Source: Octopus vulgaris (lineage: Eukaryota). Taken from it: 64,000 bases of DNA. Shown here one piece after another: positions 13,405-24,312 of the stretch; the first letter of the stretch is position 1; every line of letters starts with the position of its first letter. Below the pieces are notes generated by a model. That model searched no databases. It was not told the origin of the DNA and saw nothing but the letters and a program-made list of their open reading frames with translations. The DNA is taken from the NCBI GenBank assembly GCA_951406725.2, contig OX597842.1:310001-374000 (forward strand), read 5' to 3'. Position numbers and translations under genes: made by a program.

Positions 13405-13592
13405 TGACTGCGGCCATGCTGGAGCACCACCTTTAGTCGAGCAAATCGACCCCAGGACTTATTCTTTGTAAGACTAGAACGTATTCTCTCAGACTCTTCG
13501 GCCTAACCACTAAGTTACAAGGGCATGAACACACTAGCATTGGTTGTAAAGCGATGTTGGGAGGACAAACACAGACACACAAACACACACAT
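13405..13592 (-). mobile_element. tRNA-derived SINE, 3' part; split by the RTE insertion, head resumes at ~18135-18236
   Basis: Reverse complement of the SINE at 54688-54988. Uninterrupted paralogs lie at ~23330-23650, ~32045-32410 and ~37470-37800. Confidence 0.8.
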
Positions 13593-14090
13593 ATATATCA
13601 TCATCATCATCATCATCATCGTTTAGCGTCCGTTTTCCATGCTAGCATGGGTTGGACGGTTTTACTGGGGTCAGTGAAGCCAGAAGGCTTCATCAGGCCC
13701 AGTCAAATCTGGCAGTGTTTCTACGGCTGGATGCCCTTCCTAACGCCAACCACTCCGTGAGTGTAGTGGGTGCTTTTTACGTGCCACCCGCACAGGTGCC
13801 AGACAGAGCTGGCAAACGGCCACGAACGGATGGTGCTTTTTATGTGCCACCGGCACGAGGCCAGTCGGGGCGGCGCTGGCAACGGTCGCGAAACGGAAGG
13901 TTCTCTTACATGCCACCGGCACTGGTAACACATCTGCAATTTCCATTGATCGATTTCGCATTGATCGATTTCGATTCTGATCCTCACTTGCCTCAACAGG
14001 TCTTCACAAGTAGAGTTTTGTGTCCCAAGAAGGGAAGGTATGCATACGTAGGCTGGCTCCATCCCATGTAGAAGGCCACGGGTTATGGAC

Positions 14091-17000
14091 TCACTTGTCC
14101 TGCCGGGTCTTCTCGCGCACAGCACACTTCCAGAGGTCTCGGTCTCTAGTCATTTCCTCAGTGAGACCTAAAGTTCGAAGGTCGTGCTTCACCACCTCGT
14201 CCCAGGTTTTCCTGGGTCTGCCTCTTCCGCAGGTTCCCTCAACCGCTAGGGTGTGGCACTTTTTCACACAACTATCTTCATCCATTCTCGCCACATGACC
14301 ATACCAGCGCAAACGTCTCTCTTGCACACCACAACTGATGCTTCTTAGGTCCAGCTTTTCTCTCAAGGTACTTACACTCTGCCGAGTATGAGTACTGACA
14401 TTACACATCCATCGGAGCATACTGGCTTCATTTCTTGCGAGCTTACGCATATCCTCAGCAGTCACGGCCCATGTTTCACTGCCATGTAGCATGGCTGTTC
14501 GTACACACGCATCATACAGTCTGCCTTTCACTCTGTGCGAGAGGCCTTTTGTCACCAGCAGAGGTAAGAGCTCTCTGAACTTTGCCCAAGCTATTCTTAC
14601 TCTAGCAGTTACACTTTCAGCACACCCGCCCCCGCTGCTGACTTGGTCACCTAGGTAACGGAAACTATCAACTATTTCTAGTTTTTCTCCCTGGAAAGTG
14701 ACGGAAGTTGGTCTCAGAGCATTTTCAGTGTTTATTGTTCCTGAGCATCTGCCACATACAAAAACCATCTTCCTAGTTAGCCTTCCTTTGACATTGCTGC
14801 ACCTCTTATGTGTCCATAGCTTACACTTGGTGCATCTTATAGAGTTTCTACCTACACCTTTTCTACAGATCGAGCAGGGCCATCTACCTGAAGGCGTTTG
14901 TGATTTGTCTACCTTCCTACTGATTACGACTTTGGTTTTAGCTAGATTGACTCTGAGGCCCTTCGATTCTAATCCTTGTTTCCACACCTGAAACTTCTCC
15001 TCCAGTTCTGATAGCGACTCAGCAATTAGAGCAAGGTCATCAGCATAGAGGAGCTCCCAAGGGCATCCTGTCTTGAATTCCTCCGTTATTGCCTGGAGGA
15101 CTATGATAAATAGGAGGGGGCTGAGGACTGAGCCTTGGTGGACCCCTACCTCTACCCGGAATTCTTCACTGTACTCGTTGCCAACCCTCACCTTACTAGC
15201 AGCATCCCTATACATTGCCCACACAGCTCTCACTAACCATTCATCTATCCCTAGTTTCCTCATTGACCACCAGATAAGGGATCGGGGGACCCTGTCGAAG
15301 GCTTTCTCCATGTCAACAAAAGCCAGGTACAGGGGCTTATCTTTGGCTAGGTATTTCTCCTGCAGCTGCCTTACCAGGAATATAGCATCAGTAGTACTTT
15401 TCCCTGGCACAAACCCAAACTGCATCTCATCTAAACTAACTCTCTCTCTAATTAGTTGGGCTATGACCCTCTCCGTAACCTTCATCACCTGATCCAACAG
15501 CTTGATACCTCTGTAGTTATTTGTATCTAGGGCGTCACCTTTACCTTTGTAGCAGTTGACTATTATGCTGCTACACCAGTCATTGGGTATGACTCCTTTG
15601 TGTATCACCTGATTAACTATACGGGTGACTAGGCTATAGCCGACACTACCAGACATTTTGAGCATCTCTGCAGTGATTCCTGATGGGCCTGGGGCTTTCT
15701 CTGTCTTCATGCTTCTAATTGCCTTAGCTACCACGGAACTATCAACTCGGATAGCTGGTCCCTCTGTTGGGTCAACATTCGGCAGACTCTCTTTATCCCA
15801 TTCATTTTCTTTATTCAGCAACCTTTCATAGTGGCATCTCCAAACCTCTCTCTTTGCATCCTCATTTAGCGCAAGTGAACCATCTTCCATGCGAACACAC
15901 TTCTCTCCTACCACATCACGATTCTCTCTCACACACTGTCTTGCAACGCGAAACACCTCCAGTCTTTGGTCCTCACGGCGCAGAACATTGGCAAATTTTT
16001 TCTTATCTGCTTCCCCTCTGGCTAAATAAACCTGTCTCCTAGCTTCTCTTTTGGCAGTCTGATACAATTCCCTGCTACCCCCATTTTTCCAGACCTTCCA
16101 AGCCTGTCTCTTTTCTCTAATAGCCCTGTCTACAATATTGTTCCACCACCACGTTATTCTAGGTCGAGAGGGGACTTTGCACCAGCCACAGATCTGGTCA
16201 GTGGCTCTCAGCAGGTTGTCCCTTAGAAACGTCCAGTTGTCTTCTACCCCCTGTGATGCTCTATCCCCTTCTACTTCGTCAAAGGCTTCAAGTAATATGT
16301 CCCTAAATCTCTGTCCATTTGCAGGATCTTTAAGCTTCCAGATCCTTCTTCTCCATATTGGTCGTCTTCTGGTTGTCCTCCTAGTCCTGATCCTAAAGTC
16401 ACTAACTACCAGTCTATGTTGTGGGGTACATTCTTCACCTGGGAAGGTTTTGGCATTTATAAGCAGCCATCTCTCCCTTTGCCTTGCAAGGATGTAGTCA
16501 ATTTGGCTGGTATGTTGGCCCGATCGGTAAGTGACTAGGTGGCTGGTAGGTTTCCTGAAGTTAGTGTTGCAAATCATAAGATTATTTGCATCGCAGAACT
16601 CCAGCAGCCTGGTTCCCTCCTCGTTGCGGGAGCCATAGCCATAGCCTCCATGTACGCCATGGAAGCCCCCAGCATGTCGTCCAACGTGACCATTGAAGTC
16701 ACCAGCCACAAAGAGAAGGTCTCTGTCGTTCGTCAACGAGGTAGTCTGCAGTAGAGTGTCATAGAATCGGTCTTTCTGTCCATCGGGTAGCCCCGACTGA
16801 GGAGCATAGGCTGATATAATGGTTGCTAAACTATGATGAAGCACTAATCTAATCTTAAGTATTCTGTCACATACTCTGATTACCTCAATTACTTTATCTA
16901 CCCATTTCTCAGCGATAAGTATACCCACGCCACCAACCCCGTCAGTGTTCCCTGCCCAGAAAATCTTGTACCTGCGTTCCTTGCCTGTGAGGAACCTAGC

Positions 17001-17243
17001 TGATCCTCCTCTCCACCTTATTTCTTGCATGCAACATATATCCACACATCTCCGTTTAAGCATCTCGACTATCTCACCAGACCTACCTTTCAGTGTGCCA
17101 ACGTTGAGGGTGCCAACCCTGAGGGTGTGGGAGGCATGGGCTCTAGAGACCCTGGGGCGGTGTACCTGAAAAGAAAGCTCGCATTTTGCAGAATTCATGT
17201 GCAAGTAATGAAGTAGTAAAGTAGCCTTCAGTACAACCTGCAT
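14091..17243 (-). CDS. RTE LINE ORF (1050 aa): AP endonuclease + reverse transcriptase with an inserted PHD-like zinc finger
   Basis: APE motifs [29 protein letters not shown] and QHRLV; RT motifs [37 protein letters not shown] and FRYLG; no stops or frameshifts. Confidence 0.97.
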   Translation of the reverse strand: MQVVLKATLLLHYLHMNSAKCELSFQVHRPRVSRAHASHTLRVGTLNVGTLKGRSGEIVEMLKRRCVDICCMQEIRWRGGSARFLTGKERRYKIFWAGNTDGVGGVGILIAEKWVDKVIEVIRVCDRILKIRLVLHHSLATIISAYAPQSGLPDGQKDRFYDTLLQTTSLTNDRDLLFVAGDFNGHVGRHAGGFHGVHGGYGYGSRNEEGTRLLEFCDANNLMICNTNFRKPTSHLVTYRSGQHTSQIDYILARQRERWLLINAKTFPGEECTPQHRLVVSDFRIRTRRTTRRRPIWRRRIWKLKDPANGQRFRDILLEAFDEVEGDRASQGVEDNWTFLRDNLLRATDQICGWCKVPSRPRITWWWNNIVDRAIREKRQAWKVWKNGGSRELYQTAKREARRQVYLARGEADKKKFANVLRREDQRLEVFRVARQCVRENRDVVGEKCVRMEDGSLALNEDAKREVWRCHYERLLNKENEWDKESLPNVDPTEGPAIRVDSSVVAKAIRSMKTEKAPGPSGITAEMLKMSGSVGYSLVTRIVNQVIHKGVIPNDWCSSIIVNCYKGKGDALDTNNYRGIKLLDQVMKVTERVIAQLIRERVSLDEMQFGFVPGKSTTDAIFLVRQLQEKYLAKDKPLYLAFVDMEKAFDRVPRSLIWWSMRKLGIDEWLVRAVWAMYRDAASKVRVGNEYSEEFRVEVGVHQGSVLSPLLFIIVLQAITEEFKTGCPWELLYADDLALIAESLSELEEKFQVWKQGLESKGLRVNLAKTKVVISRKVDKSQTPSGRWPCSICRKGVGRNSIRCTKCKLWTHKRCSNVKGRLTRKMVFVCGRCSGTINTENALRPTSVTFQGEKLEIVDSFRYLGDQVSSGGGCAESVTARVRIAWAKFRELLPLLVTKGLSHRVKGRLYDACVRTAMLHGSETWAVTAEDMRKLARNEASMLRWMCNVSTHTRQSVSTLREKLDLRSISCGVQERRLRWYGHVARMDEDSCVKKCHTLAVEGTCGRGRPRKTWDEVVKHDLRTLGLTEEMTRDRDLWKCAVREKTRQDK

Positions 17244-17417
17244 AACACTAGCCTTTCATATTTTGCACTGTATGAACATTACCTTACATAGGTCGAGACT
17301 AGGGGTAGGGATGGTGAAAGAGCATTTGCAGTCTTCATGGGAAGCAACCCCGGGATGGCAAAGAATAGGAACTTCCGGTATGTGTGGAGGGAGTGGGAGG
17401 GCGGTTGCATCGTAACA

Positions 17418-18034
17418 TAGTAAGAGGTTCTGTTAATCGTGTGAGCTAGCAAATGGGTTTGAAAAATCAGAGGGAATAATCATTATTGATAACTAATATA
17501 ACATCGTAGCTTAGTAAGAGGTTCTGTTAATCGTGTGAGCTAGCAAATGGGTTTGAAAAATCAGAGGGAATAATCATTATTGATAACTAATATAACATCG
17601 TAGCTTAGTAAGAGGTTCTGTTGATCGTGTGAGCTAGCAAATGGGTTTGAAAAATCAGAGGGAATAATCATTATTGATAACTAATATAACATCGTAGCTT
17701 AGTAAGAGGTTCTGTTAATCGTGTGAGCTAGCAAATGGGTTTGAAAAATCAGAGGGAATAATCATTATTGATAACTAATATAACATCGTAGCTTAGTAAG
17801 AGGTTCTGTTAATCGTGTGAGCTAGCAAATGGGTTTGAAAAATCAGAGGGAATAATCATTATTGATAACTAATATAACATCGTAGCTTAGTAAGAGGTTC
17901 TGTTAATCGTGTGAGCTAGAAAATGGGTTTGAAAAATCAGAGGGAATAATCATTATTGATAACTAATATAACATCGTAGCTTAGTAAGAGGTTCTGTTAA
18001 TCGTGTGAGCTAGCAAATGGGTTTGAAAAATCAG
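17418..18034. repeat. 94-bp tandem repeat (about 6.5 copies) in the RTE-1 5' UTR
   Basis: Unit TAGTAAGAGGTTCTGTTAATCGTGTGAGC... starts at 17418, 17512, 17606, 17700, 17794, 17888 and 17982; copies are almost identical. Confidence 0.95.
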
Positions 18035-18339
18035 TGTGGCTATGAACCGGGAGACAAGACTAAACGAAAAAAAAATATATATATATATATATTTATATAT
18101 ATACACATATATACAAATATGTATATACATATACACGACAGACATCTTTGAGTTTCTATCTATCAAATCGACTTACAAGGTGGGACTGATTCCGGAACCA
18201 TGTGGTTGTTAGGCAAGCTGCTTACCACACAGCCACCATCAAATCCACTCAGAAGGCTTTGAAACACACAAGTGTATATATATATATATATATATATAAA
18301 TTGATCAAAATAAAATAAAAACATGATGCGAAGGATTCA

Positions 18340-18417
18340 GCGGTACATATGTTTCGGGCCTTTATTAGACAGATTTATAACAATGCATAATGTATGTCTG
18401 TGGCCTTCTTCAGCCGC
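18340..18417 (-). ncRNA. Type I hammerhead ribozyme (inverted copy)
   Basis: Minus strand: GCGG-CTGAAGA-AGGCC...GGCCC-GAAAC-ATAT-GTA-CCGC. Confidence 0.8.
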
Positions 18418-19844
18418 GCACAACAGCTTCCACAAGGACATGTGTTACATCAAAAATTCTTGGTTGGGGATGCAAATCCTCTCATTCACGTACGACATAA
18501 TGCGGCAGCAGCATAGAATTGAAGCGTCCATCTCTTTCTTCTCTCAATTTACTCTCATTTTCATTTTCATCCCTTACCTTAACTCTTATAACCCTTATAA
18601 TTCTTATATTTCATTTCTAACTATTACATTGTATTTCTTATTTTATACTGTATTTTTTATTTCTAATCTTTACCCTTACCCTCATTCTTACCCATAACTT
18701 ATCGCTTTACACCTCCATATATGTTTATTTACTTACCTATGGATCCACTTTTTGACTATACGAGCGTCCGCGTACGTGTGTATACGCATACATACATATG
18801 CACACGCATATATGTACATGCATACTTCGATATCTTATAGCTATACCCATGTGCGCGTGTGTCTCTGTGTGTGTATATGAGTGTATATGTGCACGCACAT
18901 ACGGACACACAGCCGTGTGTGCGTGCACGTATAGACATGAGTACGGGATTCTTTACATACGTTCTTATACACATCCTTTAATATCTTATACCTGGACCTA
19001 GAGGCGTGGGCATATACGTGTGTGTATGTAGTGATGGGCGCGCGTATATACATGTGAGCGTGTACGCGTATAATGTCCGTGTATACATGCGGATATTCTG
19101 TTGTTGTATGTATGTGTGTGTACGCGTGTGCGTGTGGGTTTATGTACGTGTTTACACGCGAGTGCGTGTGTATGCTTATAGGCTTGGAGGCGTATATGTA
19201 CGCGTGTATGTGGGTGTATGTATCCATGATGATATGTATGTACTAGAAGTCCATTTAATTCAAGGAACCAGATTAAATGCTCATCAGCTCTGATTTACAA
19301 CGCATTAGGTCCCCAGACGAAACTGTTGATTTACTGACAATTCTACAACTGAATTTTATCAATCTCCTGACCACCATGCTTGGTCCGTAACCTCTACACA
19401 TCCCTTATCTTTACATTCTTTTACACTTTTATCATGTTTTTATCAGGTTTTTTTACTTTTATTTCTATTTCTATTTTTACTTTATAACCTTATGCCTTTA
19501 CATTTATTTATATTTCTTTATATTTCTTTATACCCCCTTTTCATCTCCTTACAACTCTTTATATCTTTATCCTCTACATTTTTATATTATTCTATACTTA
19601 CACTTTTTATACATTTTTTATCCCTCGTCCCGAACTCTCGCCCCTCCATCTTCACCTCTATATATGTATTTATTTATTTACATTACCTCAACATCCAATT
19701 TTCCTCATTCTACATTGAGAGAAGAAAGAGATGGACGCTTCAATTCTATGCTGCTGCCGCATTATGTCGTACGTGAATGAGAGGATTTGCATCCCCAACC
19801 AAGAATTTTTGATGTAACACATGTCCTTGTGGAAGCTGTTGTGC

Positions 19845-19922
19845 GCGGCTGAAGAAGGCCACAGACATACATTATGCATTGTTATAAATCTGTCTAATAA
19901 AGGCCTGAAACATATGTACCGC
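19845..19922 (+). ncRNA. Type I hammerhead ribozyme with palindromic stem III
   Basis: Stem I GCGG/CCGC, core CTGAAGA (19849-19855), stem II AGGCC/GGCCT, GAAA (19907-19910), palindrome ACATATGT, predicted cleavage after GUA at 19918. Confidence 0.85.
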
Positions 19923-20031
19923 TGAATCCTTCGCATCATGTTTTTATTTTATTTTGATCAATTTACTCCACCACCTACACCACTAAACGGTATACACAGG
20001 TGCTTATATTATCAAGTACTCACCCCGAATT

Positions 20032-20095
<64 letters not shown>

Positions 20096-20279
20096 AACAT
20101 ACACGCACACACACACACACATATGCATACAATGGGCTTCTTTCAGTTTCCATCAAGAAAATCCACTCACAAGGCTGAGGCTATAGTAGAAGACACTTTC
20201 CCAAGGTGCTGTGCAGTGGGACTGAACCCAGGACCATTTGATTTTGAAGAAAACTTCTCAACCGATTTCTTTATTTTAG

Positions 20280-20528
20280 CCGTTACTATGCCCAATGGAA
20301 ATCTCACCCTTACAATGTCAATCCCATATGAGAGACGACCGGTGGATAGGGAGTGGCAGACTTCTAAATATGTATGTGACAGGACATGCGCTGATTGCCC
20401 TGGCTATAAAGTGAAACGTTTTGGAAATACTTCGACTTTTACTATGAAAAACGCAACTAAGAAATGTATCACTTGGAAATTTGCTGGTGGCAACCTTGAT
20501 GCAGCAGACTTCCATTTGAAGATAAACA
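20280..20528 (+). CDS. Ig-like domain exon A (249 nt, phase 1-1)
   Basis: ttctttattttAG / A-GTAAGG boundaries; encodes [15 protein letters not shown]...CDRTC...NTSTFTMKNAT..TWKF...FHLKIN, a beta-sandwich-like pattern. The Ig assignment is an inference. Confidence 0.85.
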
Positions 20529-20835
20529 GTAAGGAAATGATTTATAATAATTTTTTTATTAACCACAGAGGGCGAACACAAACGAAAACATTTGGGAGGG
20601 ACCAGTGTGGGTTTTAGCATGTAAAAAGTCATACAATGAATGAAACAAAGTCAAAGTAAAACCCCTGAGAGTGGAGGGACTTTCAAGGGCCACACGTAAA
20701 GAAAGCCCACAAAATCCATGGTCTCCGTGACCACCAGGGTGGATACCCTCTCCCAGTCTTTCCTCTCCAATATACAGGGATACACTAAGAGAAGGCCCAT
20801 TCACTCAGGTAATGCTCACCTCTCTCACCCACCAG

Positions 20836-20861
20836 ATCATGGATGTTTGAAACATTTGTCT
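20836..20861 (+). pseudogene. Truncated remnant of the leader (signal peptide) exon at the internal duplication junction; second copy at 33194-33219
   Basis: ccAG-ATCATGG(A/C)TGTTTG(A/C)AACATTTGTCT-GTAAGT aligns to exon 27773-27821 with a 23-nt deletion, and the downstream intron matches 27822 onward. Confidence 0.75.
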
Positions 20862-21978
20862 GTAAGTTTTATTTTTATTGTATTTTATTTTTTCCATAAC
20901 TTATTTTTGTTAAGGAAAACTTACTCAAGAGCACAGAGGTCTGGAATAGGTCACTCACATAAGGAGGATTTTCCTTGTTTGGACAGGGATTTTTCCAATT
21001 TTGTTTTTAGCAGAGCTTTAGAAATGATGCATTTTATGGAAGAAAATTTTGGAAAATTTTTCATTTTTCACCACAATCCAACTTATAAATTATCTACCTC
21101 ATTAACAAATTATATACAGACCTCAGGTCCCAAAACATTCCCTATATTCTACCCTGGTTAATTAACAGTGAGCCCTCACACCCACCCACCCCATACAACA
21201 CTAATCTTGGCACTGGGTATGAAAATCATCCACTATCTTTCAAAACCCAAGCCTCTCATTATTTAATAAATTTTCAGATGTAATCCTCTCATGTAAACAC
21301 AGACCATATTCCTTGTTTGCCTATTATGTTAAATCTATGTAATCTATTTACTCATACATGTCTACATACCTCGGTACTTTGATGTGCCACCAACCCATCT
21401 TCATTTTTCAGATTTCCCCTTTGCTACACTACTAGCATCTGTAACTGGACCCTTTCTCTTCTTTTAATACTCGCCTCTCCCATCTTCCACCTTTCCAATT
21501 TCCCTTAGTTCTATAGTGCCACCATCCCTAACTATTAACATCTATTGTCATACCCAACAATGACCACCCTTGAAAATACTTTTCCTCTCACTCCTCCCAC
21601 TCATCTCCCAATTTTCCACTTCTACTTCTTTCAATACCCTGATCACCCCACCTCCATCTTCCTCATCTGGCTATCTCTTCTTACCCCTCCTTGTGTCAAC
21701 ACACCAACATTGAGCTATCTACTTCCTCCCTCCTGGTTTTTGAATTAATCATTCATTATCTTGTAGTTTTGACATTTTGATGATGTGATTGTTTATTTTT
21801 AGACTGACATTGTAGGGTAGGTGTGAGAGGGTGGATGTGGCTAGTTCAAACATAAAACAGATATGGCTGGTTTAATCCTTTAGCAATCAGATAACTGTGA
21901 AATATAATGTTCTTTTATTCACAGTATTTTGAATTATATCATCTTAAAATCAAACATTTTTGTGTTCCTTTTTAACAG

Positions 21979-22017
21979 GTTTGACAAATGAATATGCTTA
22001 TAGAATCACCCAAAGTG
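21979..22017 (+). CDS. 39-nt microexon preceding Ig-like exon B, (S)LTNEYAYRITQS
   Basis: tttaacAG / GTAAGT boundaries; in frame between exons A and B. Confidence 0.8.
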
Positions 22018-22330
22018 GTAAGTGGATTAACAAACCTTTTTGCTCCTTTTAAACTAGATATTACCTTTTCAGTTCTGTCTTCTATTTCTTTCCCTTAACT
22101 CATAACTTTTAGCCAATCTTTTGACTTTTGATTTCTTTAAATTTGTAATTTGACCTTTGAGAAAGGCTAAAGAGCCAAAAGTGCACATATGTTTTTTTAT
22201 TATTTGTTTTTGCAATTTACTTTATCATTGATCTTTTATTGTTATTTTATTTTTAATATTTCTATTATATGTAATTTTCTATATGGTGTAATTTAATTGT
22301 TCGTTTTGAATTGATAAAAGGTGTTTTTTC

Positions 22331-22364
<34 letters not shown>

Positions 22365-24063
22365 ATCAAAATAAGCAACAAGAATAACTTCGGTAATTCG
22401 GTACGATCGTTTCACGATACATCATTTTATTAAATGTTGTAATTATTAATACTGTTTTAAAATGCTGAGCACTCATCAGCCATTAATAGAGACTTTCCAT
22501 TAATACATAATTTTCATATGATATGGAAATTATGTATAAATTTAATTTTAAAACTCTTGTAATACTTACAATATTTAATAAAATGATGTGGCATGAAACG
22601 ATCGTACCAAACTACCGGAGTCATTCTTGTTGTTTATTTTGATTATAATCACCACACAAATTTTTATGGATAACACCATACAAAATTCTGGTGCATCTAA
22701 CTTAAGTACCATGTTCATTAGAACCTACAATTTACTGAACTTATATATATATATATATATATATATAGTAAAGATTATTTGCCAACATAACTTGGAAATC
22801 CTGGTTAGAACAAGTGGTACTGTTATTTAACACCAGGAAAAATCATCTCCAGGTGGTTATACAGCACACTATCTGCATACCAATAGTCTCTGAGTTATTT
22901 CCCTTCATCAGGAAAGAATAACTGCTTGGCTAGAGATGGCACCACTAAACTCTTGTCCAAAATATATACTTTTCAAAGTGACACACAGTTACTGATCTAA
23001 TAAATAGAAAATTATTTCTAAATCTCTGAACGAGAAACATTGAGTAACAGTACTCTAGAGTAAAGATTATTTGCCAACATAATGTGGCAGTCCTGGTTAG
23101 GACGATCGTTACTGTTATTTAGCCCTAGGAAACATCATCTCCAGCTGGAAATATGACACACTAGCTGCATCCTTACATTTTCGGACAAGGAAGTTTAGCA
23201 TCCCATAGGACATAGATAGTGTGTCATATAAACAGTGGGAGACGATGTTTCCTGGGGCTGAAGAACAGTAACAATCATCCTAACTAGGACTGCCATATTA
23301 CGTTGGCAAATAATCTTTACTCTCAAGTACTGACTGCGGCCATGCTGGAGCACCACCTTCAGTCAAGCAAATCGACCCCAGGACTTATTCTTTGTAAGCC
23401 TAGTAATTTTTCTATTGGTCTCTTCTGCCGAACCGCTAAGTTACAGGGGCATGAACACACCTGCATTGATTGTCAAGCGATGTTGGAAGGACAAACAGAG
23501 ACACACAAACACACACACACATATATATATATATATACATATACACGACAGGCTTCTTTCAGTTTGCATCTACCAAATCCACTCACAAGGTGGGACTGAA
23601 CCCGGAACCATGTGGTTGGTAAGCAAGCTATTTACCACACAGCCACTCCTGCACCTATATCTATATCTATTTATATACATATATATTTATATATATATAT
23701 AAACAATGGGCTTCTTTCAGTTTCCACCTATCAAATCCACTCACAAGGCTTTGAAACACACAAGTGTGTATATATATCATATATATGTATATATATATAC
23801 ATATATATATGTATATATATATACATATATATATGTATATATGTATATATATATACATACACGCACACACGCACGCAAACACACACACACACACACATTC
23901 ACAAATATACATAGAATGGGCTTCTTTCAATTTCCATCAAGAAAGTTCACTCTCAAGGATGAGGCTATAGTAGAAGACACTTTCCCAAGGTGCTGTGCAG
24001 TGGGACTGAACCCAGAACCATTTGATCGTGAAGAAAACTTCTTAACCGATTTCTTTATTTCAG

Positions 24064-24312
24064 GAATCGCTGTGCTCAATGGAAATGTCACAATTACAAT
24101 AACAATACCAAAAACGAAACGACCGGTGATTTGGGAGCACCATGATTATACAAATGAATGTGACAGGACATGCTTAAATGGCAATTACTATATAGTGAGA
24201 CATATTGTAAATACTTCGACTGTTTCGGTCACAGATCAATCTGAGGAATGTTCGACTTGGAAATTTAATGATGTCAACCTTAATGCAGCAGACATTCATT
24301 TGAAGATAGAAG
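24064..24312 (+). CDS. Ig-like domain exon B (249 nt, phase 1-1)
   Basis: ttctttatttcAG / G-GTAAGG boundaries; encodes [25 protein letters not shown]...CDRTC...NTSTVSV...TWKF...IHLKIE. Confidence 0.85.

Larger units (their letters stand above)
13598..18066 (-). mobile_element. Apparently full-length RTE-clade non-LTR retrotransposon (RTE-1)
   Basis: (ATG)n tail at 13598-13620, ~480-bp 3' UTR, single APE+RT ORF, and a 5' region of 94-bp tandem repeats. It sits in the microsatellite of a SINE and is absent from the three paralogous segments. Confidence 0.95.
18298..20030. mobile_element. Non-coding element with ~250-bp inverted arms, each carrying a hammerhead motif (Penelope-like architecture), in a (TA)n tract
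   Basis: Arms at 18298-18548 and 19714-19965 are near-perfect reverse complements. The right arm has a ~65-bp extension. Both flanks are (TA)n, and the element is absent from the paralogous segment near 32420. Confidence 0.75.

Noticed and set aside
14698-17216. Plus-strand ORFs overlapping the RTE ORF (and those at 38100-41309)
   Set aside because: Antisense shadows of the LINE coding sequence with no independent motifs.
20000-20617. Single-exon 161-231 aa ORFs (also 23706-24401, 32490-32975, 42481-42966) as complete genes
   Set aside because: Their N-termini are SINE or microsatellite sequence and their C-termini are intron. Only the 249-nt AG/GT-bounded core is treated as coding.
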